A stretch of 64,000 bases of DNA from an uncultured Eubacterium sp. (GTDB lineage Bacteria > Bacillota > Clostridia > Oscillospirales > Acutalibacteraceae), in assembly GCF_934525195.1 (NCBI RefSeq), contig NZ_CAKSZA010000001.1:64952-128951 (forward strand), written 5' to 3'. Position 1 is the first letter of the stretch, and each line of letters begins with the position of its first letter. Of the stretch, positions 28,808-37,529 are shown piece after piece. The position numbers and the translations under genes are program-made. The notes beneath the pieces are model-generated. The model was not told where the DNA came from. It searched no databases and saw only the letters and a list, made by a program, of their open reading frames with translations.

Positions 28808-29470
28808 TTACTTGCCCTCCTTTTCTGCCGACGGACATTGTGCACAGTTGCCTGTACAACCTGTCTTTTTCTTTTCTTTCTTGCTTACGCCGAGTTTGTT
28901 CATCAAAGCGCAGAGAAGTGAAAGCACCAAGAATGCACCCGGAGCAAGAATGAAGAGTGAAATAGGCTCATAGCTTTCAGTCAATACACGAAGTCCGAAA
29001 ACTGTGCCGTTGCCGAGGATTTCTCTGATGATACCGATAGTGGTAAGACCGATTGTGAAACCGATACCGATACCGATACCGTCAAAAATCGAAAGCACAA
29101 CGCTATTCTTCGAAGCATAAGATTCCGCTCTGCCGAAGATGATGCAGTTTACAACGATGAGAGGGATGAAAATACCCAAACTGCTGTAAAGCGGAGTGAG
29201 AAATGCATGCATAAGCATTTCTACAATAGTTACAAATGAAGCAATAATAATGATATAAACAGGCACTCTTACGCCGTTTGGAATAACCTTACGCAAAAGA
29301 GAAATAATCATATTTGACATAATGAGAACTGCCATTGTGGCAACACCCATACCAAGACCGTTGAGTGCGCTTGTTGTTACCGCCAAGGTCGGACACATAC
29401 CAAGCATAAGCACAAAGGTAGGATTTTCCTTGATGATACCGTTATAAAGTCTTTCTAAAATACCCTTCAA
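28808..29470 (-). CDS. rnfE: Rnf complex subunit E, with a Cys-containing C-terminal tail
   Basis: NPTFVLMLGMCPTLAVT, 6 TM segments; the tail reads ...KKKTGCTGNCAQCPSAEKEGK. Confidence 0.9.
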   Translation of the reverse strand: MKGILERLYNGIIKENPTFVLMLGMCPTLAVTTSALNGLGMGVATMAVLIMSNMIISLLRKVIPNGVRVPVYIIIIASFVTIVEMLMHAFLTPLYSSLGIFIPLIVVNCIIFGRAESYASKNSVVLSIFDGIGIGIGFTIGLTTIGIIREILGNGTVFGLRVLTESYEPISLFILAPGAFLVLSLLCALMNKLGVSKKEKKKTGCTGNCAQCPSAEKEGK

Positions 29471-29487
29471 AAAAATCTCCCCCTCTC

Positions 29488-30126
29488 TTACTGTGCCTGT
29501 GCGGAATCCGCACCGCCGAAGTTTGCTTGATAGAAAGCAATACCGGCATTGACCGCCTCTGTTACGGCATTTGTTGTGATTGTTGCACCTGAAATTGCAT
29601 CAATCTCCGTATCAGCCGTAGCACCTGACTTTGTATAGCTCAAAGTTTGTGCCGGCTTGCCCTTGAACTGATTTTGGAAATCAGGATCTGCACATTTTGA
29701 GCCGAGACCTGCTGTTTCGCTGTTGCTGATTACAGTAAAGCCTGTAAGCTTGTCGTCCTTGATACCGATTGCAACCTGAATTTCACCGCCGTAGCCGTTT
29801 GGTGAAGTTGAAGCAATGATATAGCCCTCTGTGTCGCCGTTTGATGACTTAACTTCAAGAGCGTCTGTTACAGCACAGCCTGCAAGGCCGTTTTTGTCAA
29901 AAAGTTTTGTTGATTTTTCAATCATTTTGTCGAGTCCGTCAACCTCGCCGAACTCTGTGGCATCGGCATAAACAACTTTATAAGCCGCTGCCTTTTGATT
30001 AATTTCCGCCTGTTCGATAGGACCTTTGGTAATTTGGTTTACAACAGCCAAAGCCGCAACGGCAACCAAGGTGATAATAACCAAAACCAATGTGTTTTTG
30101 AACAAGCCTGATTTTTTCTTTTCCAT
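29488..30126 (-). CDS. rnfG: Rnf complex subunit G (FMN-binding)
   Basis: N-terminal TM segment and the canonical flavinylation motif EIDAISGATITTNAV. Confidence 0.92.
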   Translation of the reverse strand: MEKKKSGLFKNTLVLVIITLVAVAALAVVNQITKGPIEQAEINQKAAAYKVVYADATEFGEVDGLDKMIEKSTKLFDKNGLAGCAVTDALEVKSSNGDTEGYIIASTSPNGYGGEIQVAIGIKDDKLTGFTVISNSETAGLGSKCADPDFQNQFKGKPAQTLSYTKSGATADTEIDAISGATITTNAVTEAVNAGIAFYQANFGGADSAQAQ

Positions 30127-31163
30127 TACTGTGCATCTCCTTTCGCTTTAACTGAGCCGAAAGGCTTTGGAACAGTTATTTTTTCAATCAACGGAACAAG
30201 AAGGTTGCAAATGATGATTGCATATGAAACGCCCTCTGCCGATGAGCCTACAACTCTGAACATTGCTGTTACGAAGCCGAGAAGCACACCGTAAAGGAGT
30301 TGTCCCTTTGGAGAAATCGGGCTTGTTACATAGTCGGTTGCCATAAAGAATGCACCAACAAGAAGTCCGCCTGACAAAGCCTCGCTCAAAAGGTAATTTA
30401 CAGTTACTGTGTCACCCTGAACAAGTCTGATAATTGCGATGAACGCAACAGTTGAAAGAATATATGTACCCGGAATACGGATTGAAATAACCTTTTTGAT
30501 AAGGAGATATGCGGCACCGATCAAGATAGCCAAAGCCGAAACCTCACCGATGCAACCGCCGTGCATACCGAGGAAAAGTGATGTCAAATCAAGTTCTTTG
30601 CCGTCACCGAGCTGTGCAAGAGGAGTTGCACCTGCCACAGCGTCAAGTGCGGTGTCTGTCTTGCCTGCAAGGAGATAAAGACAATCTTTGATTTTGCCGT
30701 CCTTGAAAAGTTCGGCAAATGATGCGCTGTATACCTTATACATTGCAAAGTCGCTCATTTTTGCTGCGAACGAAATGAGAAGGAAGCATCTTGCAGCGAG
30801 TGCAGGGTTCATAAAGTTCTGACCCAAGCCACCGAAAAGCATTTTTACAATAATGATTGCAAAGCCGCTACCGAGAACAGGTATGTACCAAGGCACACTT
30901 GCAGGAAGGTTAACAGCCAAAATAAGACCTGTTACCAACGCACTGTTGTCAAAAATTGTAATCGGTCGCTTTGTGATAACTTCAAAAAGAAGCTCAAAAA
31001 GAACACTTGATACAACGCAAAGAACGGTTACGAACAATGCCGGAAGGCCGAAATGGTAAATACCGAATGCAAGAATCGGCAAAAGTGCCAAAGCAACATC
31101 GCCCATAATTGTTTTGGTGCTGTCCTGTGTTCTTAAATGCGGAGATACCGAAACATTATACAT
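30126..31163 (-). CDS. rnfD: Rnf complex subunit D
   Basis: 345 aa, polytopic, DAVAGATPL motif. Confidence 0.92.
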   Translation of the reverse strand: MYNVSVSPHLRTQDSTKTIMGDVALALLPILAFGIYHFGLPALFVTVLCVVSSVLFELLFEVITKRPITIFDNSALVTGLILAVNLPASVPWYIPVLGSGFAIIIVKMLFGGLGQNFMNPALAARCFLLISFAAKMSDFAMYKVYSASFAELFKDGKIKDCLYLLAGKTDTALDAVAGATPLAQLGDGKELDLTSLFLGMHGGCIGEVSALAILIGAAYLLIKKVISIRIPGTYILSTVAFIAIIRLVQGDTVTVNYLLSEALSGGLLVGAFFMATDYVTSPISPKGQLLYGVLLGFVTAMFRVVGSSAEGVSYAIIICNLLVPLIEKITVPKPFGSVKAKGDAQ

Positions 31164-31166
31164 AAT

Positions 31167-32510
31167 TTACTTTACCCCCTTTGCTTTTTGTCTGTTAAGT
31201 TCTTTTCTTACCTCTGCCTTGCCGACATTGAAAAGGTGGGTAAGAGGAATTCTTGCCGGGCAAGTGTATGAGCAACAGCCACACTGTACACATTCCATAC
31301 CGCCCAAATCCGCAAAAGCAGTGAATTTGCTCTGCTTAACAGCCTTTGCAAGCATTTGCGGAACAAGATTTGACGGGCAAACACTTACGCATCTGCCACA
31401 GTGAATACAATTTGTAGCCTCAACAGAAGCAACATCATCCTCTGTGAAAGCAAGAATAGACGCAGAAGTCTTTTGAACAGGCACATCGAGTGTGCTCATA
31501 GCAAAGCCTGTCATCGGACCGCCTGAGATAATCTTGACTGCATCTTCCTTCAAGCCGCCGCACTTTTCAATTACATACTGATGGCTACAACCGATTGGCA
31601 CTTTGAAGTTGTTGCATTGATTAACGCCGTCACCTGTTATGGTCATATACCTGTAAATAAGAGGAATATTCTCATAAAGTGCATTGTAAATCGCAAAACA
31701 TGTTGATGAGTTTACAACAACGCATTTTGCATCGGCAGGAAGCATTTTTGAATTAATCTTTCTGCCTGTTACGGCATAGATAAGTGAACGCTCACCACCC
31801 TGCGGATACTTTGTTTTAAGTTCGCAGATGTCCATATTATCATCAGGTTGAATAAAGCCCTTGATAACCTTGATTGAATCGTTCTTGTTGTCCTCAATGC
31901 CGAAAACAGCCTTTGCATTTGGCAAAAGTCTTTGAATTTGGCGAACTGCCTTGACAATCTGCTCGCCCTTTTCAAGCATAATGCGATAGTCAACGGTGAG
32001 ATAAGGCTCGCACTCACAGCCGTTGATGATGATGGTGTCGATTTCATCGGCATTTTTAGGTGACAATTTTACACCTGTCGGGAAGCCTGCACCACCCAAA
32101 CCGATAATACCGAAGTCCTTGATTTTTTGGAGAACTTCCTCAACGGTCAAATCATCGGGATTTGACTTAACACCCATTCCCTCGACTTCTTCATCAAGTC
32201 CGTCATTTTCAACAACAATGGATTTTACAAGACTGCCGTTGATTACTCTGCGGTTTTCGATAGATTTTACCGTGCCTGAAACCGAGCTGTGCACGGGTGC
32301 GGAAATAAATCCGCCTGCCTTCGCAATCATCTGACCTTTTAGCACTCTGTCACCCGGATTTACGAGTGGCTCGGCAGGTGCGCCGATATGCTGGCTCAAA
32401 GGATAAACGGTTACAGAAGAAGCATTAATTGCGGTGATAGGAAAATCTTTTGAAAGCTCCTTGCCCTCATAAAGACGAAGTCCCTTTTTTAATGCTTTTC
32501 TTTTCTTCAT
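31167..32510 (-). CDS. rnfC: Rnf complex subunit C
   Basis: 447 aa, GLGGAGFPT, two 4Fe-4S motifs (CIHCGRCVSVCP and CVQCGCCSYTCP). Confidence 0.92.
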   Translation of the reverse strand: MKKRKALKKGLRLYEGKELSKDFPITAINASSVTVYPLSQHIGAPAEPLVNPGDRVLKGQMIAKAGGFISAPVHSSVSGTVKSIENRRVINGSLVKSIVVENDGLDEEVEGMGVKSNPDDLTVEEVLQKIKDFGIIGLGGAGFPTGVKLSPKNADEIDTIIINGCECEPYLTVDYRIMLEKGEQIVKAVRQIQRLLPNAKAVFGIEDNKNDSIKVIKGFIQPDDNMDICELKTKYPQGGERSLIYAVTGRKINSKMLPADAKCVVVNSSTCFAIYNALYENIPLIYRYMTITGDGVNQCNNFKVPIGCSHQYVIEKCGGLKEDAVKIISGGPMTGFAMSTLDVPVQKTSASILAFTEDDVASVEATNCIHCGRCVSVCPSNLVPQMLAKAVKQSKFTAFADLGGMECVQCGCCSYTCPARIPLTHLFNVGKAEVRKELNRQKAKGVK

Positions 32511-32623
32511 TAAAAAACATCCTCTCTACTCTTTTAGACATAAATTTTTAATCCAACTAAATTTTATGTTTATTATAATATAGCATATTATTATAGAAAT
32601 TTCAACAGTAAAACTATACCCAA

Positions 32624-35200
32624 CTAATGATTATTTTCAATTATACTGCGAATGTTCTCCTCTGCCGATTTCACCTCGCCCTGAAATTCACGGGAGGAAA
32701 CACGAAGCGCACCGTTGCCGAGAATAATAACCTGCTCAAGAGCATCGGAGGTGACAACTCTGACCTTGTGCTTTTTTGCCAAATCAAGCGAGGCCTTTTC
32801 GATGTACATATCTGCGGTTTCTGCCTCTTTGGTGTAAACAACGGTGATGTTGTTCACCTTTTCGATTTCACGGTGATTGCCTTTGACCTTGTAGGCATCA
32901 AAAACAACAATAACCTCGCATCTCTTATACCCCTGATAATTACAGAGAATATTGATGAGTGCATTTCTTGCCCCGTCAATACTGCTGTCGGCAAGATTTT
33001 TCAAATTATCCCACGAAAAGATGACATTGTAGCCGTCAACCAAAAGATATTCGGGGCCCTCATATTTTGGAGCTTTTGGCATCTTTTTAGGGTTTGGTTT
33101 CTCAGTTTTTTCAGTAAAGGTGAAGTGGCTGTTATTTGGATTTTTGTGCTTAATTTTTCCGTAGGTTTGCTCAAAAATCTCCATAAGTTCTTTATCAAGT
33201 GCAAACAAATCGTTTTTGTCTGCATAGCTTGACATCCTGCCGACCGATTGACTTGGGGCGTACTCGCTTTTCGGTGTTGACAGTATGCTCGGCAAGTGCA
33301 TATGACTTTTGACCTCGTCCCACTTTACATTATAGCCTGCGCCCTTTGAACAGAACACGGAATCACAAGTGTTGTCGGTGTCGCTGTCGGGATTATAATC
33401 AAATTCTGCAATCACTTCATCGGCATTATGGCACGGCTCATAGCCTTTGAGAGTGCACGAAAGTTTGCCCACTCCACGGGTATACTGACGCACTGTGCCT
33501 GCATAATCGCACATTGCCGAAACGGGAGCAGAACCTGTCAAAACAGACATTTCCCCGTCCGATTCGGGAGAGTTAAAAGTGCCGTGCATAAGCTGAATAT
33601 CGGACATTGCCCTACCGACATTTTCGTTTGGAACTTCAAGAACAAAATCATAATACGGCTCAAGCAAAACACTTTTTGCACTGCGGAGTCCTTGGCGAAC
33701 GGCACGATAGGTTGCCTGCCTGAAGTCACCGCCCTCGGTGTGTTTTGGGTGTGCCTTACCCGATTTCAAGATAATTTCCATATCGGTTATCGGCGAACCT
33801 GTCAACACACCGATATGAGTTTTTTCATACAAATGAGTGAGGATGAGTCTCTGCCAGTTTTTATCGAGAACATCCTCTTTGCAATCGGTTTTGAACACAA
33901 GTCCGCTGCCTCGTTTGCCGGGTTTCAACAGCAAATGCACCTCGGCATAATGGCGGAGCGGTTCAAAGTGACCGACCCCCTCGACCGCTTCTTCAATAGT
34001 TTCTTTATAAATTATACTGCCCTTGCCAAAGGATATTTCAATACCAAATCTGTCGGCAAAGAGCGTTTGCAAAACTTCAAGCTGAATATCACCCATAAGT
34101 TTGATGTGAATTTCGGAATAACGCTCGTTCCACTCGACTTTTAACTGCGGGTCTTCTGCCTCCAAAATACGCATATCCGACAACACGGTGTGAGCGTCTG
34201 TTCCGTCGGGAACATTGACGGTATATGTCAAAACAGGGGTAAGAACAGGCATTGACGAATTATCCTCAACGCCCAAGCCGTCACCCGAATTTGTAAATGT
34301 TATGCCCGTTACGGCACAAACTGTGCCTACCGTTGCCTCATCGACAGCGGTGAATTTTTCGCCCGAATAAAGACGAATTTGATTGACCTTTTCGCCGTTT
34401 ATGTTTTTCTCACTTTTCAAGATTTCTTTCACTTTCAGCGTGCCGCCCGTGATTTTCATCATAGTGAGTCGCTGACCTTTATCCTCGGAGATTTTGTACA
34501 CCTTTGCGCCAAAATCGGAGCCGTACTGCGGTTGCTCAGTGTAATCATTGATTAAATCCATAAAGGCGTCAACACCGTCAAGTTTGAGCGCAGAGCCGAA
34601 CATACAAGGAAAAACTTTTCTGTTTTTAATTGCAGAAGCGACATCCTGTTTGCCGAGGCTGTCCTCCTCGTATTTTTCAAGAAGAACATCATCGCACAAG
34701 GCAATATTTTCGTTCAACTCATCATCGGGCAAAGTGAAGTCAACGCAACTGTCGCTCAATTTGGTTTTCAGCTGATAGAGAACAATATCCTTGTCTGCGC
34801 CGTCCAAATCGGTCTTATTAACAAAAATAAAGCAGGGCACTTTATACTTTGCAAGGAGTTTCCACAGAGTTTGAGTGTGGCTTTGAACACCGTCGGTTGC
34901 GCTGATGACCAAAATTGCGTAATCGAGCACTTGAAGTGTTCGCTCGGTTTCAGCAGAAAAATCAACATGCCCCGGCGTGTCAATAAGCGTTATATCCGTG
35001 TCCTTGTATTTAAGCAGTGCCTGCTTTGAAAAAATCGTTATTCCTCGTGAGCGTTCAAGAGAAAATGTGTCCAAAAAAGAATTTTTGCTGTCTACCCTGC
35101 CGAGCTTTGAAATAGTGCCCGAATGATACAGCATAGCCTCAGATAATGTGGTTTTGCCCGAATCAACATGCGCAAGTATGCCGACAACAATCTTTTTCAT
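32624..35200 (-). CDS. TetM/EF-G-like translational GTPase fused to a C-terminal YacP/Rae1-type NYN nuclease domain
   Basis: G1 AHVDSGKT, G3 DTPGH and G4 NKTD within a ~630-aa EF-G-like body, then a K/P-rich linker. The last ~142 aa (LLVDGYNVI...VIVVFDA...ETAD...VVTSD) match the YacP pattern. Confidence 0.85.
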   Translation of the reverse strand: MKKIVVGILAHVDSGKTTLSEAMLYHSGTISKLGRVDSKNSFLDTFSLERSRGITIFSKQALLKYKDTDITLIDTPGHVDFSAETERTLQVLDYAILVISATDGVQSHTQTLWKLLAKYKVPCFIFVNKTDLDGADKDIVLYQLKTKLSDSCVDFTLPDDELNENIALCDDVLLEKYEEDSLGKQDVASAIKNRKVFPCMFGSALKLDGVDAFMDLINDYTEQPQYGSDFGAKVYKISEDKGQRLTMMKITGGTLKVKEILKSEKNINGEKVNQIRLYSGEKFTAVDEATVGTVCAVTGITFTNSGDGLGVEDNSSMPVLTPVLTYTVNVPDGTDAHTVLSDMRILEAEDPQLKVEWNERYSEIHIKLMGDIQLEVLQTLFADRFGIEISFGKGSIIYKETIEEAVEGVGHFEPLRHYAEVHLLLKPGKRGSGLVFKTDCKEDVLDKNWQRLILTHLYEKTHIGVLTGSPITDMEIILKSGKAHPKHTEGGDFRQATYRAVRQGLRSAKSVLLEPYYDFVLEVPNENVGRAMSDIQLMHGTFNSPESDGEMSVLTGSAPVSAMCDYAGTVRQYTRGVGKLSCTLKGYEPCHNADEVIAEFDYNPDSDTDNTCDSVFCSKGAGYNVKWDEVKSHMHLPSILSTPKSEYAPSQSVGRMSSYADKNDLFALDKELMEIFEQTYGKIKHKNPNNSHFTFTEKTEKPNPKKMPKAPKYEGPEYLLVDGYNVIFSWDNLKNLADSSIDGARNALINILCNYQGYKRCEVIVVFDAYKVKGNHREIEKVNNITVVYTKEAETADMYIEKASLDLAKKHKVRVVTSDALEQVIILGNGALRVSSREFQGEVKSAEENIRSIIENNH

Positions 35201-35260
35201 TTTCTCACCTCACGATATTTTATATTAAATATAATATCATATCACGAGCCGAATGTAAAA

Positions 35261-35653
35261 TTATATTTCTATTTTAACAATATCGTCAATCGGAATTTCC
35301 GTGCCGTCAATCAAAATCCTGCGTGCAAAAGAATCTATCTTTTTTACACCGCCGACTTTGGTTACATAAGCACCGCCCGATTTGAGTTTATCGGGCACAA
35401 AATAAGTGACTGACACCTCGGCAATTTCGCCCAAATTATATGAAATATACTGCAAAGCGTCATTGAGCGCCTCAATTTCGTTTTCGTCAAGAATTACCCT
35501 TTCGTCCGTCACACGGGCAGTTTCGGCAATTTCGTCCTCAAAGCCTTTCAATGCGGCAAACGAAGCGAACTGTGCCGAGCGTTGAGCCACAGAAAGATGC
35601 GCCCTCTTGGTTGAGGTGTGATGTGGCAAAGATATAATATCGTCATATTTCAT
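35261..35653 (-). CDS. YolD-like protein (accessory to the Y-family polymerase)
   Basis: The start at 35653 overlaps the polymerase stop (ATGA) and has a GGAGG RBS. The ...SVTYF...IPIDDIVKIE pattern resembles B. subtilis YolD/YqjX. Confidence 0.7.
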   Translation of the reverse strand: MKYDDIISLPHHTSTKRAHLSVAQRSAQFASFAALKGFEDEIAETARVTDERVILDENEIEALNDALQYISYNLGEIAEVSVTYFVPDKLKSGGAYVTKVGGVKKIDSFARRILIDGTEIPIDDIVKIEI

Positions 35654-37143
35654 TCCGCCTTGTGACCTCCCACCTGATTGTTGCGTTCTATCGTTGTGGC
35701 ACATTCCTGCAAATTTGTACCTTTGAGAATTGCGTTTTTGCCGTATCGTTTTTGAATACGAAGCATAGCGTTTTGCAGGCTTCGCTCTTTTTTCAAGCAA
35801 TCTTCTTGTGCCTTTATTTTTGAATAATCGGTGAAGAAATCAAGCTGACAAATCTGCGGTTCAACCTTATTTTCATCGGTTATGTGATTTGCGGAAATAT
35901 TGACCTTGCGAACAGACAAATTCCTGTCGGCAATCCTGAAAAGCACAGCCAATGCAGTTTCAACAATTAGTTTTGACGATGAAGTCAAGCGGTTTATATT
36001 CCCTGTTCCGTGTGCGTGCTTCGGAACTTTTCTGCCGTAGCCGTCAATCGTGATTTCGCCCTTATATCCGTTTTTTACATTTTCTATATCATAGTTAAGC
36101 GTGAGCACAATTTGGTCGGTTGTAACCCCTTTGTCCACTAAATCAAGTGCAAGAAGTTCTGCCATTTCACGCACGATAACGGTTGTTTCGTCAAAGCTGT
36201 ACGGTCGGGTTAGCACCTGACCGGAGCTGATGCTTTTGGTGTCGGGCTTATACGACTTAACATCCTCAATTGTGCAAGGTTCCCAACCCCAAGCATGGTC
36301 TATGATAAGTTCGGCGTTAATGCCGAAAAGTCGATACAGCAAATCCTCGTTGTAAAATTCATTTGACGAACCGACGGAACATTTTGCAATGTCGCCCATC
36401 GTGTAAATTCCAACGCTTTCAAGCCGTTTTGCAATTCCCTTGCCGACACGCCAAAAATCAGTAATCGGACGATAATTCCACAACTTTTGACGATAAGACA
36501 TTTCGTCAAGTTCAGCAATTCTGACACCGTTTTCATCGGCATCAATATGCTTGGCAACAATATCCATAGCGACCTTGCAAAGATACATATTTGTGCCTAT
36601 TCCCGCAGTGGCGGTTATACCCGTTTCGTCAAGAACGGCTTTTATCATATTCATTGCCATTTGATGAGCGGTGATTCCCGAAGTGCGGAGATACCTCGTT
36701 GCATCAATAAACACCTCGTCAATCGAATAAACCAAAATATCTTCGGGCGACACAAAGCTTGAATATATGGCAAAAATCCTGTTGCTGTATTTTTTGTAGA
36801 GATTCATCCGAGGCGGAGCAACGATATACGACAGTTTCAGTTCGTTATCCGTCAACTCATCTGCGTTGTAAGATTCGCCCTTAAATTCGGCATAATTATT
36901 TTTCAATTTGCGATTATTATTGACCTGACGGACACGCTCAACAACTTCAAAAAGTCTTGCTCTGCCCGGAATACCGTACGCTTTAAGCGACGGAGAAACG
37001 GCAAGGCAAATGGTCTTTTCCGTTCTGCTGTCATCAGCGACAACAAGATTGTTTTTCAGCGGGTCAAGCCCACGTTCAACGCACTCAACAGAGGCATAGA
37101 ACGACTTTAAATCTATTGCAATATATGTTTTTTGCTTTGCCAT
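35650..37143 (-). CDS. Y-family (UmuC/UvrX-like) translesion DNA polymerase
   Basis: YIAIDLKSFYASVE catalytic motif, SIDEVFID, 497 aa. Confidence 0.88.
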   Translation of the reverse strand: MAKQKTYIAIDLKSFYASVECVERGLDPLKNNLVVADDSRTEKTICLAVSPSLKAYGIPGRARLFEVVERVRQVNNNRKLKNNYAEFKGESYNADELTDNELKLSYIVAPPRMNLYKKYSNRIFAIYSSFVSPEDILVYSIDEVFIDATRYLRTSGITAHQMAMNMIKAVLDETGITATAGIGTNMYLCKVAMDIVAKHIDADENGVRIAELDEMSYRQKLWNYRPITDFWRVGKGIAKRLESVGIYTMGDIAKCSVGSSNEFYNEDLLYRLFGINAELIIDHAWGWEPCTIEDVKSYKPDTKSISSGQVLTRPYSFDETTVIVREMAELLALDLVDKGVTTDQIVLTLNYDIENVKNGYKGEITIDGYGRKVPKHAHGTGNINRLTSSSKLIVETALAVLFRIADRNLSVRKVNISANHITDENKVEPQICQLDFFTDYSKIKAQEDCLKKERSLQNAMLRIQKRYGKNAILKGTNLQECATTIERNNQVGGHKAE

Positions 37144-37300
37144 AAAAATGCCTCCATATAGATATTATTAGTTACTGAAAACATTATATCACACAAAAAG
37201 CAAAAATCAATACAAATGTTCGATTTTTGTTTAAAAGAGAAAATTTTGGTACAATTAAGCAATAAAACAAAAGCACATCAAAAGATGTGCAAAAAGTAAA

Positions 37301-37334
37301 ACAGCAACCACCAAATGGTGATTGCTGTTTTTTT
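37301..37334. terminator. Strong hairpin plus T7 (copy A of a duplicated module)
   Basis: acagcaa.cacc-aaat-ggtg.ttgctgt stem followed by T7. It shares its core CACCAAATGGTG with the hairpin at 37501-37522. Confidence 0.6.
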
Positions 37335-37351
37335 GTGCGTAGACGGGACTT
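37335..37351 (-). repeat. Remnant copy of the tRNA-Leu 3' end
   Basis: gtgcgtagacgggactt compared with gtgcgagagacgggactt at 37531-37548, each directly following the hairpin and T7. Confidence 0.6.
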
Positions 37352-37492
37352 TCGTCAAGATACATTCCGTGTTCAAATTCTTTTGCGAGCAAAAGAACAA
37401 CAAACACTACATATATCTTTCCTCTCCCCACAAAGTCTAACGGACTTTGCGGAGACCCCATACAAGACAATTCAAATCATACATCTCATAGC

Positions 37493-37529
37493 AAAAAAAA
37501 GTAGACACCAAATGGTGTCTACTTTTTTT
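37493..37529. terminator. Bidirectional hairpin terminator downstream of tRNA-Leu (copy B)
   Basis: A8, then a gtagacacc/ggtgtctac 9-bp stem, then T7. Confidence 0.75.

Noticed and set aside
33428-34144. A 238-aa plus-strand ORF. Other long antisense ORFs of the same kind occur at 11770-12468, 16538-17134, 18338-19036, 44328-45032 and 54212-54739.
   Set aside because: All are fully embedded antisense to, or out of frame with, genes that have strong family signatures. They have Cys/Arg-rich or odd composition and no RBS.
32624-35200. Calling this gene a tet(M)/tet(O)-type tetracycline-resistance determinant.
   Set aside because: The N-terminal part is only family-level similar to ribosomal protection proteins. 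The protein is about 220 aa longer and carries a nuclease domain, and no mobile-element context (Tn916-like genes) is present. A resistance call would be over-annotation without an identity search or phenotype.
35654-35800. The N-terminal 49-aa extension of the YolD-like ORF as given in the ORF track (start at 35800).
   Set aside because: It would overlap the polymerase gene by about 150 nt in another frame. The internal ATG at 35653 has a GGAGG RBS and forms an ATGA overlap with the polymerase stop.
37209-37222. A possible LexA/DinR SOS box upstream of the Y-family polymerase.
   Set aside because: Only the GTTCG half-site matches CGAAC-N4-GTTCG; the left half (AATAC) does not. This is insufficient to annotate as an operator.
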